Shown here: in pieces, positions 9,684 to 18,708 of the stretch | How the letters are laid out: each line of letters starts with the position of its first letter | Numbering within the stretch: position 1 is the stretch's first letter | Source: Alphaproteobacteria bacterium | GTDB taxonomy: Bacteria > Pseudomonadota > Alphaproteobacteria > Parvibaculales > Parvibaculaceae | Assembly (NCBI GenBank): GCA_021775935.1 | Contig: JAJFGY010000039.1 | Coordinates: 17,340-81,339, forward strand | DNA length: 64,000 nucleotides | Direction: 5' to 3' | Program-made: the position numbers and the translations under genes | Notes under the pieces: model-generated | What the model saw: only the letters and a program-made list of their open reading frames with translations | What the model was told of the DNA's origin: nothing | Databases searched by the model: none

Positions 9684-10294
9684 GTTTTCTTTTTCAACAG
9701 TCGTTTTACTTCCTGACGCAGAACTGGCAACAGATCAGTCTCAAACCAAGGGTTCTTCTTCAACCACACATTGTTGCGCCAAGATGGGTGCGGCACGGGC
9801 AAGTGTGTCGGCATATAATCCCGCCAATGCTCCACGGTTTCTGTGAGCGTCTTCTTTTTATTTTTGCCGAAGTGATAAGCCTGCGCATATTGGCCGATCA
9901 CAATGGTCAGCTCCATGTTAGGCAGAGCTTCAAAGAGTGGCGCACGCCACAATGGCGCACATTCCTTTCGCGGTGGCAGGTCGCCCCCCTTGGCGTCGAG
10001 CCCCGGAAAGCAGAAGCCCATGGGAACGATGGCCAGTTTCGTGTCGTCGTAGAAAGTCTCGCGGTCCACGCCCAACCAGTCGCGCAGTCGGTCCCCACTC
10101 GGGTCGTCAAAGGGAACACCGGAGGCATGGACCCGAGTACCCGGTGCCTGTCCGACAATGCAGATGCGTGCCTTGCTTGATACCTGCAGCACTGGCCGCG
10201 GTTCATGAGGGAGTGGCTTTTTACCGCCGTCCTCAAAACATACCCGACATCTACGAATGTCTTTGACGAGCCTATTCAGCGCCTTAGCAGTCAT
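9680..10294 (-). CDS. Uracil-DNA glycosylase-like family protein
   Basis: VGQAPG, DPSGDRLRDWLG, PMGFCFPG, DLPPRKEC and PHPSWRN motifs. Confidence 0.88.
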   Translation of the reverse strand: MTAKALNRLVKDIRRCRVCFEDGGKKPLPHEPRPVLQVSSKARICIVGQAPGTRVHASGVPFDDPSGDRLRDWLGVDRETFYDDTKLAIVPMGFCFPGLDAKGGDLPPRKECAPLWRAPLFEALPNMELTIVIGQYAQAYHFGKNKKKTLTETVEHWRDYMPTHLPVPHPSWRNNVWLKKNPWFETDLLPVLRQEVKRLLKKKT

Positions 10295-10414
10295 ATGAGC
10301 GTCTTTCCCGAAGAACTATTCATGCCTGGGAGAATAGTAGAGCAGCCCACACACGCCTGTTTACACGTTTTCGGCATAGACCTGCTGGACGGCCCAACGC
10401 TGCTTTTGGGCCCC

Positions 10415-11569
10415 CTAGGACGATGCTTCGCGGATCATGTTGCGGCCAATGATCATCTGCTGGATCTGGCTCGTACCTTCATAGATACGGAAGATGCGTA
10501 CATCACGATAGAAGCGCTCAACACCATAATCTGCGACATAGCCTGCGCCGCCAAATATCTGGACTGCCTTGTCAGCAACGCGCCCGACCATTTCTGAGGT
10601 AAAATATTTGCAGCATGAAGACTCTGTGCCGACATCTTCACCGGCGTCGCGGCGCTTGGATGCATCCATCACCATGCAGCGCGCGGCATAGGCTTCGGTC
10701 TTACAATCTGCCAACATGGCCTGCACCAACTGATGATTTCCGATGGGCTGACCAAACTGTTTGCGTTCCGCGGCATATAGGGTCGCGTCTTCGATAAGAC
10801 GCTCTGCCACCCCAACGCAGACAGCGGAGATGTGCAGGCGGCCCCGCTCCAGTACCTGCATGGCGGTCACAAAACCCTTGCCTTCCACCTCACCCAGCAG
10901 ACTGTCTGCAGGAATACGGGCATCGTCAAAGACCACATCACAAATGTGCGCGCCTTGCTGTCCCATTTTCTTTTCAGACTTGCCGAGAGAAATACCCGGC
11001 GCATCTGCCGGGCAGATAAAGGCTGAGACCCCTTTCGCACCTGGTGTGTCAGGGTCAGTCCGGGCCATCAGCGTAAAGATACCGGCTTTGGCCGCATTGG
11101 TGATATATCGCTTGGTGCCGTTCACGATGTAATGGTCGCCATCGCGTATCGCAGTGGTGCGGAGCGAGGCAGCATCAGATCCGGCCTCAGGTTCGGTTAG
11201 CGCAAAACTCGCAATCACTTCCCCCGTCGCAAGTTTGGGCAACCAGCGTTCCTTCTGGTCCTGACGACCATGCATCACAATACCCTGAGAGCCGATGCCG
11301 ACATTGGTGCCAATGACGGACCTGAAGGCAGGGGACGTGCGTCCGAGTTCGAACAGAAGACGGCATTCCTCATCCATGTTGAGGCCAAGCCCGCCATATT
11401 CCGTGGGGATCGAAATGCCGAACAGGCCCAGATCGCGCATCTCTTGCACAATTCCCTCAGGCACTTCATCGTTTTCGGAAACCTGGGCTTCGATCGGCCG
11501 CAGCCGTTCATCGACAAACCGTCGGATGGTGGAAAGAAGTTGATCGCGCGTTTCGAGATCAAGGGCCAT
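10415..11569 (-). CDS. Acyl-CoA dehydrogenase
   Basis: ALTEPEAGSD, NGTKRYITN, RKQFGQPI, IYEGTSQIQ (catalytic Glu present). Confidence 0.95.
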   Translation of the reverse strand: MALDLETRDQLLSTIRRFVDERLRPIEAQVSENDEVPEGIVQEMRDLGLFGISIPTEYGGLGLNMDEECRLLFELGRTSPAFRSVIGTNVGIGSQGIVMHGRQDQKERWLPKLATGEVIASFALTEPEAGSDAASLRTTAIRDGDHYIVNGTKRYITNAAKAGIFTLMARTDPDTPGAKGVSAFICPADAPGISLGKSEKKMGQQGAHICDVVFDDARIPADSLLGEVEGKGFVTAMQVLERGRLHISAVCVGVAERLIEDATLYAAERKQFGQPIGNHQLVQAMLADCKTEAYAARCMVMDASKRRDAGEDVGTESSCCKYFTSEMVGRVADKAVQIFGGAGYVADYGVERFYRDVRIFRIYEGTSQIQQMIIGRNMIREASS

Positions 11570-11657
11570 GCGTTCCCCGCTTAGTCTTGCTGGTAAAAGT
11601 TGCGGGACTTTAGGCCATGGGATGGCCAGGCGTCAAAACCGGGACAAGCGCGTTGGT

Positions 11658-12212
11658 TCAGGTTCGGTAGTAGACTGATGCACCAAGAATGTTGGTCACC
11701 TGACACCCGCCGTTTGAAAATGGGAGATAGATCATTTCATGGCGCTTAAATCCGTCGCGCAATGCGCCATTCGGCCCTGCCATTGCAACCGGCTTCCGCT
11801 GCGCAATCACCCATGCATACGTCTCGTGCAAAAGCTTGCCAGTTGGGAGACCGTCCGATTCAATTTTTGAAACTTCCTGGCCAGAAGCATTCACCCCAAA
11901 TGCATTGATTACATCTTCGCCCATAATGCGAAACCAGAAGCTCAATGGCTCCTGCTCGACCCTGATCACGAAGATCTGAGACAAACGTTTGGGGAGTGCG
12001 ACGGGATCAATGCACGACGAACAGGGAAGTGGCATACCATCGCGCGATTTGTTCCAGAAATCGAACATTTCGCGAAGGACATCAGCTTCGAGCGCAGCAA
12101 GGTCAACCAGTCGGATCTGGTCATTGCCGACCTTCTTGCGCAACTCCATGACTTCGCTGGAATATGCACTTTCGATGTTTGTTTCTTTAATTTGGCCCAT
12201 CTCTGCCACCAC
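11658..12212 (-). CDS. Stand-alone PAS-domain protein (PAS_5-like)
   Basis: FDFWNKSR..LP...IDPVALPKRL, FRIMG and E.IYLPFS pattern of alphaproteobacterial PAS_5 proteins. Confidence 0.75.
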   Translation of the reverse strand: MVAEMGQIKETNIESAYSSEVMELRKKVGNDQIRLVDLAALEADVLREMFDFWNKSRDGMPLPCSSCIDPVALPKRLSQIFVIRVEQEPLSFWFRIMGEDVINAFGVNASGQEVSKIESDGLPTGKLLHETYAWVIAQRKPVAMAGPNGALRDGFKRHEMIYLPFSNGGCQVTNILGASVYYRT

Positions 12213-12362
12213 CGTCGTGTCTTCTTCCGTCTATTGTGTTGGAATTCTCCTAATGAAGACCTAAATAGAGGCGCAGACCGTCCTTTTTGGGGCGAAATAC
12301 AGCCAATTCAATGGCGCTTGCGCGTGCGAATTGCGACAAGAACAAGAAAAAGGATGCCAATC

Positions 12363-12779
12363 ATGAACGTACCGACAGGACGCCTGAGCGGATATCAGGC
12401 TTGGGAAGGCGGCACAGATCCGTTTGAGGATTACGCAGGTCCGTATTTCTTCAAGAAGATGGAAGACGGCTCGATCCGGTGTGCGTTTGAAGCCCTTCCC
12501 CATCACTGCAATGGCGGGGGATACCTGCATGGTGGCTCAATGATGACTTTTGCTGACTATGCACTTTTCGCTCTGGCTGGTGATGTGCTAGACGGCCCTG
12601 CTGTCACCGTCTCCTTCAGCTCCGAGTTTGTTTCCGCCGTTGGCTCCGGGAACCTTATTGAAGCCACCGGCGAGGTGGTGCGCAACACACGCTCCATGGT
12701 CTTTATGCGAGGTCAGATTTTCTGTGGTGACGAAACCCTTTTGAACTTCAGCGGCGTGATCAAGCGCATCGGCAAATAA
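12363..12779 (+). CDS. PaaI-family thioesterase
   Basis: DPFE..GP, HCNGGGYLHGGSMMTFAD; AAGGA SD before ATG 12363. Confidence 0.87.
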   Translation: MNVPTGRLSGYQAWEGGTDPFEDYAGPYFFKKMEDGSIRCAFEALPHHCNGGGYLHGGSMMTFADYALFALAGDVLDGPAVTVSFSSEFVSAVGSGNLIEATGEVVRNTRSMVFMRGQIFCGDETLLNFSGVIKRIGK

Positions 12780-12806
12780 GGCCCACAAGCTAGAAAAGGT
12801 TTGGTC

Positions 12807-13847
12807 ATGGTAACACTTAGCGCGCTTGATCAGTCTCCGATCCGAGAAGGCGGGACTGGCGCACAGGCTTTGCGCGAAACGATTGATCTTGCCCAGGCCT
12901 GCGAAGCGTTTGGGTATCAGCGGTATTGGGTTGCTGAACATCATAGCGGATCTTCTTTTGCGGGATCTGCGCCTGAGATCCTGATCGGGGCCATTGCGGC
13001 TGCGACAAACACAATCCGTGTTGGATCAGGCGGTGTGATGTTGCCCCATTATAGTCCGCTCAAAGTTGCTGAGATTTTCCGTGTGCTCCATGCTCTTTAT
13101 CCAGACCGGATTGACCTGGGCCTTGGACGGGCACCTGGGTCTGACCAAAAGGCAAGCCGGGCGCTACAACCTGGGCCCCAGGCCTATGGCATTGATGTCT
13201 TTCCGCAGCAGGTTGAATTGCTGCAGCAGTTTCTGGAGGACGCACAGGGACTTCAGGGCGAATTAGGTGGCTTCCCGGCTGACCATCCCTATCAGGGTAT
13301 TCATGCCGTGCCTAAGGGACCAGGCATGCCGGACCTTTGGATGCTCGGATCGAGCTCCGATGGCGCCGCCTATGCCGCACAATTCGGCATGCCCTATTGT
13401 TTCGCGCATTTCATCAATCAGGACGCTGGCCCAACACCGCTGGAAATTTACCGGCAGACTTTCCGTCCCTCGCGCATTTCCGAACAGCCGCGCGGCTCGA
13501 TTGGTGTCTCAGTTATGGTCGCAGATACGGAAGAAGAAGCTCAGCGTCTTTCTGCGTCACGTAACCTTTGGGTGTTGCACCTCCTGCAAAACAGAGCGGG
13601 GCCATTCAAATCCATTGAAGATGCCCTCGCTTTTCCACTCAGACCCGATGAAGTACAGATGCTGGAAGGCGTAAAACAACGCAGCATTACCGGTACGCCA
13701 GAGCAGGTACGCGGTCGCCTCCTCCAACTTGGTGCGGAATATGGCGTCGATGATTTTGTGATCCTGACAATTACGCCGGATCATGAGGCGCGCAAGCGCT
13801 CGTATGAATTGCTCGCACAAACCCTCGATCTAAAGGCGCCAGCTTAG
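12807..13847 (+). CDS. LLM-class (luciferase-like) flavin-dependent oxidoreductase
   Basis: LSALDQSP, YWVAEHH, IRVGSGGVMLPHYSPLKVAE, RIDLGLGRAPG. Confidence 0.92.
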   Translation: MVTLSALDQSPIREGGTGAQALRETIDLAQACEAFGYQRYWVAEHHSGSSFAGSAPEILIGAIAAATNTIRVGSGGVMLPHYSPLKVAEIFRVLHALYPDRIDLGLGRAPGSDQKASRALQPGPQAYGIDVFPQQVELLQQFLEDAQGLQGELGGFPADHPYQGIHAVPKGPGMPDLWMLGSSSDGAAYAAQFGMPYCFAHFINQDAGPTPLEIYRQTFRPSRISEQPRGSIGVSVMVADTEEEAQRLSASRNLWVLHLLQNRAGPFKSIEDALAFPLRPDEVQMLEGVKQRSITGTPEQVRGRLLQLGAEYGVDDFVILTITPDHEARKRSYELLAQTLDLKAPA

Positions 13848-15295
13848 TCCGCCAGGGCGGGGTGCATTTGTTGGCCGCGCCGCTTTGCCTTGCGTTCATA
13901 GGCTGCACGAAGGCGTGCGTGGCGCTCGGAGGTTAGCGGGTAATTCCAGATGATCATGACCGAGCAAATCCACAAGCTGAGCGGCAGCAGGCAATAGACC
14001 ATCGTGATCCCAAAGATGCCAAGGTCAGTCTGACTGTCTGCCTGAGGATCAAAGCCCATATAGGCAATGAGCGGCAGGGCGATGCCGACACCTGCCGCTT
14101 CAAAAAACTTCCGCACCATGCCCAAGAAAGCGAACAAGAACCCCGTTCGGTGTTCGCCTGTTCGCATGGTGTCGAGGTCCACCACGTCGGCGAGCATAGA
14201 CGCGCCGAGAATGGGCGTTGCGCCTGCTGCAAGCCCCTGGATCAGGGTCGCCGTCAGCATCGCCGCAAAGGTGTATTCGGGAGCTGAGGGGATGAGAATG
14301 TAAACAACTGCGGGGACAGACGAAAATGCGGCCAGAGAGCACCCGGCGGCGACACACAATGCCCTGTGTTTGCCAAGTTTCTTTCCCAACACAACCCATA
14401 TGGGCGAGCCAAAAATCGCCGCCCCAAATAGTACGAGAATGAGAAATAACCCTGCTTCCCCAATTTTCAACACGTGGTCAAAAAAGAGAATGGCGACTGC
14501 AGCGTTCAGTGACCCGGCAAACGCGCCAACCATAGTGGACAGGAGAATGCGCCTGAATGGACCGTTCCGCGCGAAAGCCCTCAGCCCATCCTTAAAAGGA
14601 ATATTCTGAGTGGTTTGCGAGGTCGGTTCGGAAACACAGGCGAAGAGAATCAGTGCGCACAAGGGCAACAGAACAACCGTCAGCCAGCCAAGGGAGCCCA
14701 TTGCCTCTCTGGAAGCCGAATTGAAGGTCTCCCCTTCTTCAGCGCCGCCGGTGAGCGATACACCAATGATGGGTGCACTGATTGCCAGCAGGAGCCCTAG
14801 AAGCAAGAAAATCTCGCGCGCTCCCGTCACCCGGCTTCGCTGGTGATAATCGCCCGACAGCTCTGCCCCCCATGCAGAATAAGGGATGCCGATCAGCGTG
14901 AAGCCCAGATAGATCGCAGAAATCCAAATGAGCAGATAGCCAAAGCTTACTGGTTCTGCGGGAACGAAAAGCATGTAGGCAGAGAGGACCATGAGCGGCA
15001 CGCCCACGGCGATCCATGGACGTCTGCGCCCAAACCGCGTCCGCGTGCGATCGCTTAACCGACCAATTAACGGGTCGGTGATCACATCGGAAAAGCGCGC
15101 AAGCATCAGGACCAGACCAACAGCGGCGAGGTCAAGACCGAGGGTGCCGCTATAGAAGGGCGGAATGAAAATGGCGATTGGCAGACCAATGACCGCGAGA
15201 GGCAGGGTCATCTGGGCATAGGCGGCCAACCGCCAGGTCGGAATTTTCTCAGCAGTCTCGATTTGCGATTCTTGCGACTGTAATTCGGCTGTCAT
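13844..15295 (-). CDS. MFS transporter, GPH/MelB-like
   Basis: ~12 TM; DVITDPLIGRLSDRTRTRFGRRRPW; ADVVDLD. Confidence 0.9.
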   Translation of the reverse strand: MTAELQSQESQIETAEKIPTWRLAAYAQMTLPLAVIGLPIAIFIPPFYSGTLGLDLAAVGLVLMLARFSDVITDPLIGRLSDRTRTRFGRRRPWIAVGVPLMVLSAYMLFVPAEPVSFGYLLIWISAIYLGFTLIGIPYSAWGAELSGDYHQRSRVTGAREIFLLLGLLLAISAPIIGVSLTGGAEEGETFNSASREAMGSLGWLTVVLLPLCALILFACVSEPTSQTTQNIPFKDGLRAFARNGPFRRILLSTMVGAFAGSLNAAVAILFFDHVLKIGEAGLFLILVLFGAAIFGSPIWVVLGKKLGKHRALCVAAGCSLAAFSSVPAVVYILIPSAPEYTFAAMLTATLIQGLAAGATPILGASMLADVVDLDTMRTGEHRTGFLFAFLGMVRKFFEAAGVGIALPLIAYMGFDPQADSQTDLGIFGITMVYCLLPLSLWICSVMIIWNYPLTSERHARLRAAYERKAKRRGQQMHPALAD

Positions 15296-15405
15296 TTGTC
15301 CCCCGATACTTCGGCAGACAGTAACACAAGTTTACGACCTTCCAAAAACCCCAGAAAACCTAGAATTCCCAGCGTTTTTTTTGCTGACCGAAACCTGTTC
15401 ATCTA

Positions 15406-15420
15406 GTTCAGGAACTGTTC
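15406..15420. promoter_or_regulatory. GTTC-N7-GTTC direct repeat (alphaproteobacterial LexA-box consensus or OmpR-family site)
   Basis: GTTCAGGAACTGTTC; a third GTTCA at 15397. Confidence 0.45.
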
Positions 15421-15445
15421 AGGTGACTCTTGCCATTTTCATATC

Positions 15446-15571
15446 AACCGCTGGAAACGGCGGCCTGAATGCCCTGGCTAGATTGTCATGCGTTATCTGG
15501 TTGGGTCCTGAGGGGGCAAGGCGGTGTCTGAATGTACCCCCGGCCACCGCCTTCGCCCCTCTCAATTTTTT
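15446..15571 (+). ncRNA. Candidate three-stem-loop small RNA
   Basis: GAAA-tetraloop hairpin 15448-15463, G-U-rich stem 15471-15506, long GC stem 15509-15564 plus U tract; polarity opposite to both flanking genes. Confidence 0.55.
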
Positions 15572-15585
15572 CTCTCAGAAATCCA

Positions 15586-16194
15586 TCAAGCCGCCGCACT
15601 CGGGCGCGACGAGACGCGTTCGTGCCAGGCTTTAAGGTTCGATGCTGCGTCCGGGATCGGAATGCCGACAAATGTCGCAAAGTCGATCACGCAGAGCGCT
15701 GTGATGTCGGCAACTGTGAATTCGTCGCCTGCAAAGAAGTCGCGCCCTTCCAGATCTTCATTCAACCACGCCAATATAAATTCAGCACGTTTCTTTCCGG
15801 CCTCGCCGGCTTCTGGAATTTGCCCTCCAAGGCCAGCTGTGAGCGGATGGCAATGACGCCAATAGGCACCTACTGTCCCCAGCAACTGGAATTCGATGCG
15901 GCGGTTCCACATTTCAACCTGCGCTTGCTGGAGGGGCGTTGACCCGAATAATGGAGTGTCCGGGTTTTCAGCTTCGAAATAGCGACAGATGGCGAGGCTC
16001 TCAGCGATGCAGGTTCCGTCATCCAGCTCCAGCACAGGGATCTGTTGCAGCGCGTTCTTTTCCTTAAACGCCTCTGTCCGGTTTGCCCGCTCCATCACCG
16101 GTGTTTGTTCCAGGGGCACGTCAATGCCCTTCTCTGCCAGATATATGCGGACGCGTCGCGGGTTGGGCGCTCGTGTGTCATCATAGAGTTTCAT
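15586..16194 (-). CDS. Glutathione S-transferase family protein
   Basis: APNPRRVRIYLAEKG, IPVLELDDG, AESLAICRYFE, FTVADITA; start at ATG 16194. Confidence 0.93.
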   Translation of the reverse strand: MKLYDDTRAPNPRRVRIYLAEKGIDVPLEQTPVMERANRTEAFKEKNALQQIPVLELDDGTCIAESLAICRYFEAENPDTPLFGSTPLQQAQVEMWNRRIEFQLLGTVGAYWRHCHPLTAGLGGQIPEAGEAGKKRAEFILAWLNEDLEGRDFFAGDEFTVADITALCVIDFATFVGIPIPDAASNLKAWHERVSSRPSAAA

Positions 16195-16214
16195 GGGGTT
16201 TCCTTTTTTGGGTG

Positions 16215-17474
16215 TTACGAGATCATTCCGATGGTTGCACCCGTCATGGCAGCGGCCAGTGTTCCGCCGACGAGCGCTTTCATGGCAAGCGATGTGATTT
16301 CCGTGCGGCGCTCCGGCACGATGGCAGAGAGACCGCCGATCATGATGCCGACAGAGCCCAGATTGGCGAAGCCACAAAGGCCAAAGACCATGATGAGGCG
16401 GGAGCGCTCTGAGAGCACCTCAACCGGCGTTTGCGTTAAGGCTACATAAGCGAGGAATTCATTCAGGATGGTCTTCGTGCCCATCAACTGTCCAGCCACA
16501 GGTGCTTCCGCCCAGGGCACACCCATCAGCCAAACGAGCGGCGCAAAGAGCCAGCCTAAAATACGCTGCAGGGTAAGCGGTGCGTCCAGCACGTCTGGGA
16601 AGAGGCCCAACAGGATGTTCGCCAGGGCAACGAGAGCGACGAGCACCAGAAGCATCGCCAGTATATTCAGAAAGAGCGTCAACCCGTCCAGAGTGCCTCG
16701 GGTCACTGCGTCCATGCTGCTCTGGTAGCCGAGATCATCTGCGCTCACCTCACCGGCTGTCGGCTCTTCATCCGCACCGCCCGGCACCATGAGTTTCGCA
16801 ACCAGCACGGCCGCCGGGAGCGAGATGAGGGAGGCGGTAAGGATCTGGCCCATCGCACCTTCGAGGATCGAAGACAGCACAAAGGCGTAAAGAACAATCA
16901 CAGTGCCTGCGACAGTGGCAAGGCCCACCGTCATCAGGATAAAGAGTTCTGACCGGGTGAGCCGCGCCATGAACGGCCGCACCAAAAGTGGGGCTTCCAC
17001 CATGCCCAGAAACACATTCGCTGCCGTGCCAAAGCCCACCGCCCCGCCCAGATTGAAAGAGCGTTGCAGCGCAATTGAAAAGCCTTTCGTCACCCAGGGC
17101 AGGATGCGCCAGTACCAAAGCAGCGCCGAAAGAGCAGAGACAACAAGCACCAGAGGCAAAGCCTGAAAGCCCAGGACAAAGACATTCTGGGGATTAGCGA
17201 CCTCAAAGGGTGCGTCCCCGCCTCCCACATACCCAAAGACAAATGAGGTGCCTTGATTGGTTGCGGCCATCAGCGTGTCGACCACACCATTCAGCGCGAT
17301 CAGGGCGTCTCGGGCAAATGGGACTTTGGTGAGAAGAAGCGCGATGACAATTTGCAGACCGAGCCCGGTTGCGACCAGACGCCAGGAGAGACGGCTTCTG
17401 TCCTCGCTGATCGCCCAGGCAAGTGCTGTCAGCATCAACAGTCCAAAGGTGCTCTGCGCCGCGTAAATCGTCAT
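16215..17474 (-). CDS. Concentrative nucleoside transporter (NupC/CNT family)
   Basis: GTSFVFG, AANVFLGMVEAPL, GLATVAG, KTILNEFLAY, LCGFANLGS. Confidence 0.92.
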   Translation of the reverse strand: MTIYAAQSTFGLLMLTALAWAISEDRSRLSWRLVATGLGLQIVIALLLTKVPFARDALIALNGVVDTLMAATNQGTSFVFGYVGGGDAPFEVANPQNVFVLGFQALPLVLVVSALSALLWYWRILPWVTKGFSIALQRSFNLGGAVGFGTAANVFLGMVEAPLLVRPFMARLTRSELFILMTVGLATVAGTVIVLYAFVLSSILEGAMGQILTASLISLPAAVLVAKLMVPGGADEEPTAGEVSADDLGYQSSMDAVTRGTLDGLTLFLNILAMLLVLVALVALANILLGLFPDVLDAPLTLQRILGWLFAPLVWLMGVPWAEAPVAGQLMGTKTILNEFLAYVALTQTPVEVLSERSRLIMVFGLCGFANLGSVGIMIGGLSAIVPERRTEITSLAMKALVGGTLAAAMTGATIGMIS

Positions 17475-17713
17475 GAAGTCCCCTAAGCCAGCAAACCGAC
17501 CCCGCATCTTAAGGGTCGATGTGTCGGCGGCAACCACAAAGCCTTGAAACTCAACCCTTTTTGACCGTTCCTGGCGCCGCTTGACCCATCGGGCCTGCTC
17601 GGGCACAAAGAGCGCCAAATTTCCCGTAATTCCGCGAGCGGACGGGCTTTGGTCCAAATGGGACGCGCTGCTCGCATTTCTGAAGAAAACACCTCTCAAG
17701 GAGACAGTCAGAC

Positions 17714-18616
17714 ATGAGCATTCGTTTTGACGACAAAGTAGCAATCGTCACCGGCGCTGGTGGGGGCCTTGGCCGCTCACACGCCTTGGACCTTGCAAAA
17801 CGCGGCGCAAAGGTCGTTGTGAACGATCTCGGCGGTTCGATTGATGGGTCTGAAGGCTCGTCTGACGCGGCTGACGCCGTTGTTGCAGAAATCAAGGCTG
17901 CTGGCGGCGAAGCCATCGCCAACGGATCTTCTGTCACAGACGATGCAGGCGTTGCCAATATGGTTGCCCAGACAATGGACGCTTATGGCCGCATCGATAT
18001 TCTGATCAACAATGCCGGCATCCTGCGCGACAAAAGCTTCGTGAAGATGGAAATGGGCGACTTTCAGATGGTTGTCGATGTTCATCTGTTCGGAACCGTC
18101 AAGCCAACAAAAGCTGTGTTCCCGATCATGAAGGAACAGGGCTATGGCCGCATCATGGTCACGTCATCTTCGTCCGGTCTCTACGGTAACTTCGGCCAGA
18201 CAAACTACGGCGCTGGCAAACTCGGTGTTGTCGGTTTCATAAACACCCTGAAGCTCGAAGGTCAGAAAGACAATATTCGGTGCAACGCACTCGCTCCTGT
18301 TGCCTACACACGGATGACCGAAAACCTGATGCCGCCTGAAGCAGAACAGATGCTGACGCCAGAAAGCGTGACCCCTGCTGCGATGTATCTCGTTTCTGAA
18401 GATGCCCCAACCGGCACCATCATGTGCGCAGGCGCTGGCGTCTTCTCTGTGGCAAAAATCATGGAATCAGATGGCATGTATCTCGGCCGCGATGGTCTCA
18501 CCGCAGAAGACGTTGCTGAGAACTTCGAGAAGATCGCTGACATGTCCAACGCCAAAGCCTTCTTCATGGGCGGCGAGCAGACTGGGAAATTCTTCGAGAA
18601 AGCGTCTGGCAAGTAA
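17714..18616 (+). CDS. SDR oxidoreductase, hydroxyacyl-CoA dehydrogenase-like
   Basis: TGAGGGLG, VVNDLGG, NNAGILRD, GNFGQTNYGAGK. Confidence 0.92.
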   Translation: MSIRFDDKVAIVTGAGGGLGRSHALDLAKRGAKVVVNDLGGSIDGSEGSSDAADAVVAEIKAAGGEAIANGSSVTDDAGVANMVAQTMDAYGRIDILINNAGILRDKSFVKMEMGDFQMVVDVHLFGTVKPTKAVFPIMKEQGYGRIMVTSSSSGLYGNFGQTNYGAGKLGVVGFINTLKLEGQKDNIRCNALAPVAYTRMTENLMPPEAEQMLTPESVTPAAMYLVSEDAPTGTIMCAGAGVFSVAKIMESDGMYLGRDGLTAEDVAENFEKIADMSNAKAFFMGGEQTGKFFEKASGK

Positions 18617-18640
18617 GCCTCCGGCTTTTCGACGTTTCAA

Positions 18641-18666
18641 AGGGGAGCCCTGTGCTCCCCTTTTTT
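18641..18666 (+). terminator. Rho-independent terminator after the SDR gene
   Basis: AGGGGAGC-cctgt-GCTCCCCT followed by a T run. Confidence 0.8.
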
Positions 18667-18674
18667 GCGCCCGT

Positions 18675-18702
18675 TTGACGACACCCTCAGGGTCTCTACA
18701 AT
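18675..18702 (+). promoter_or_regulatory. Sigma70 promoter of the SBP-permease fusion
   Basis: TTGACG-16 nt-TACAAT immediately after the terminator. Confidence 0.6.
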
Positions 18703-18708
18703 CAGCTC

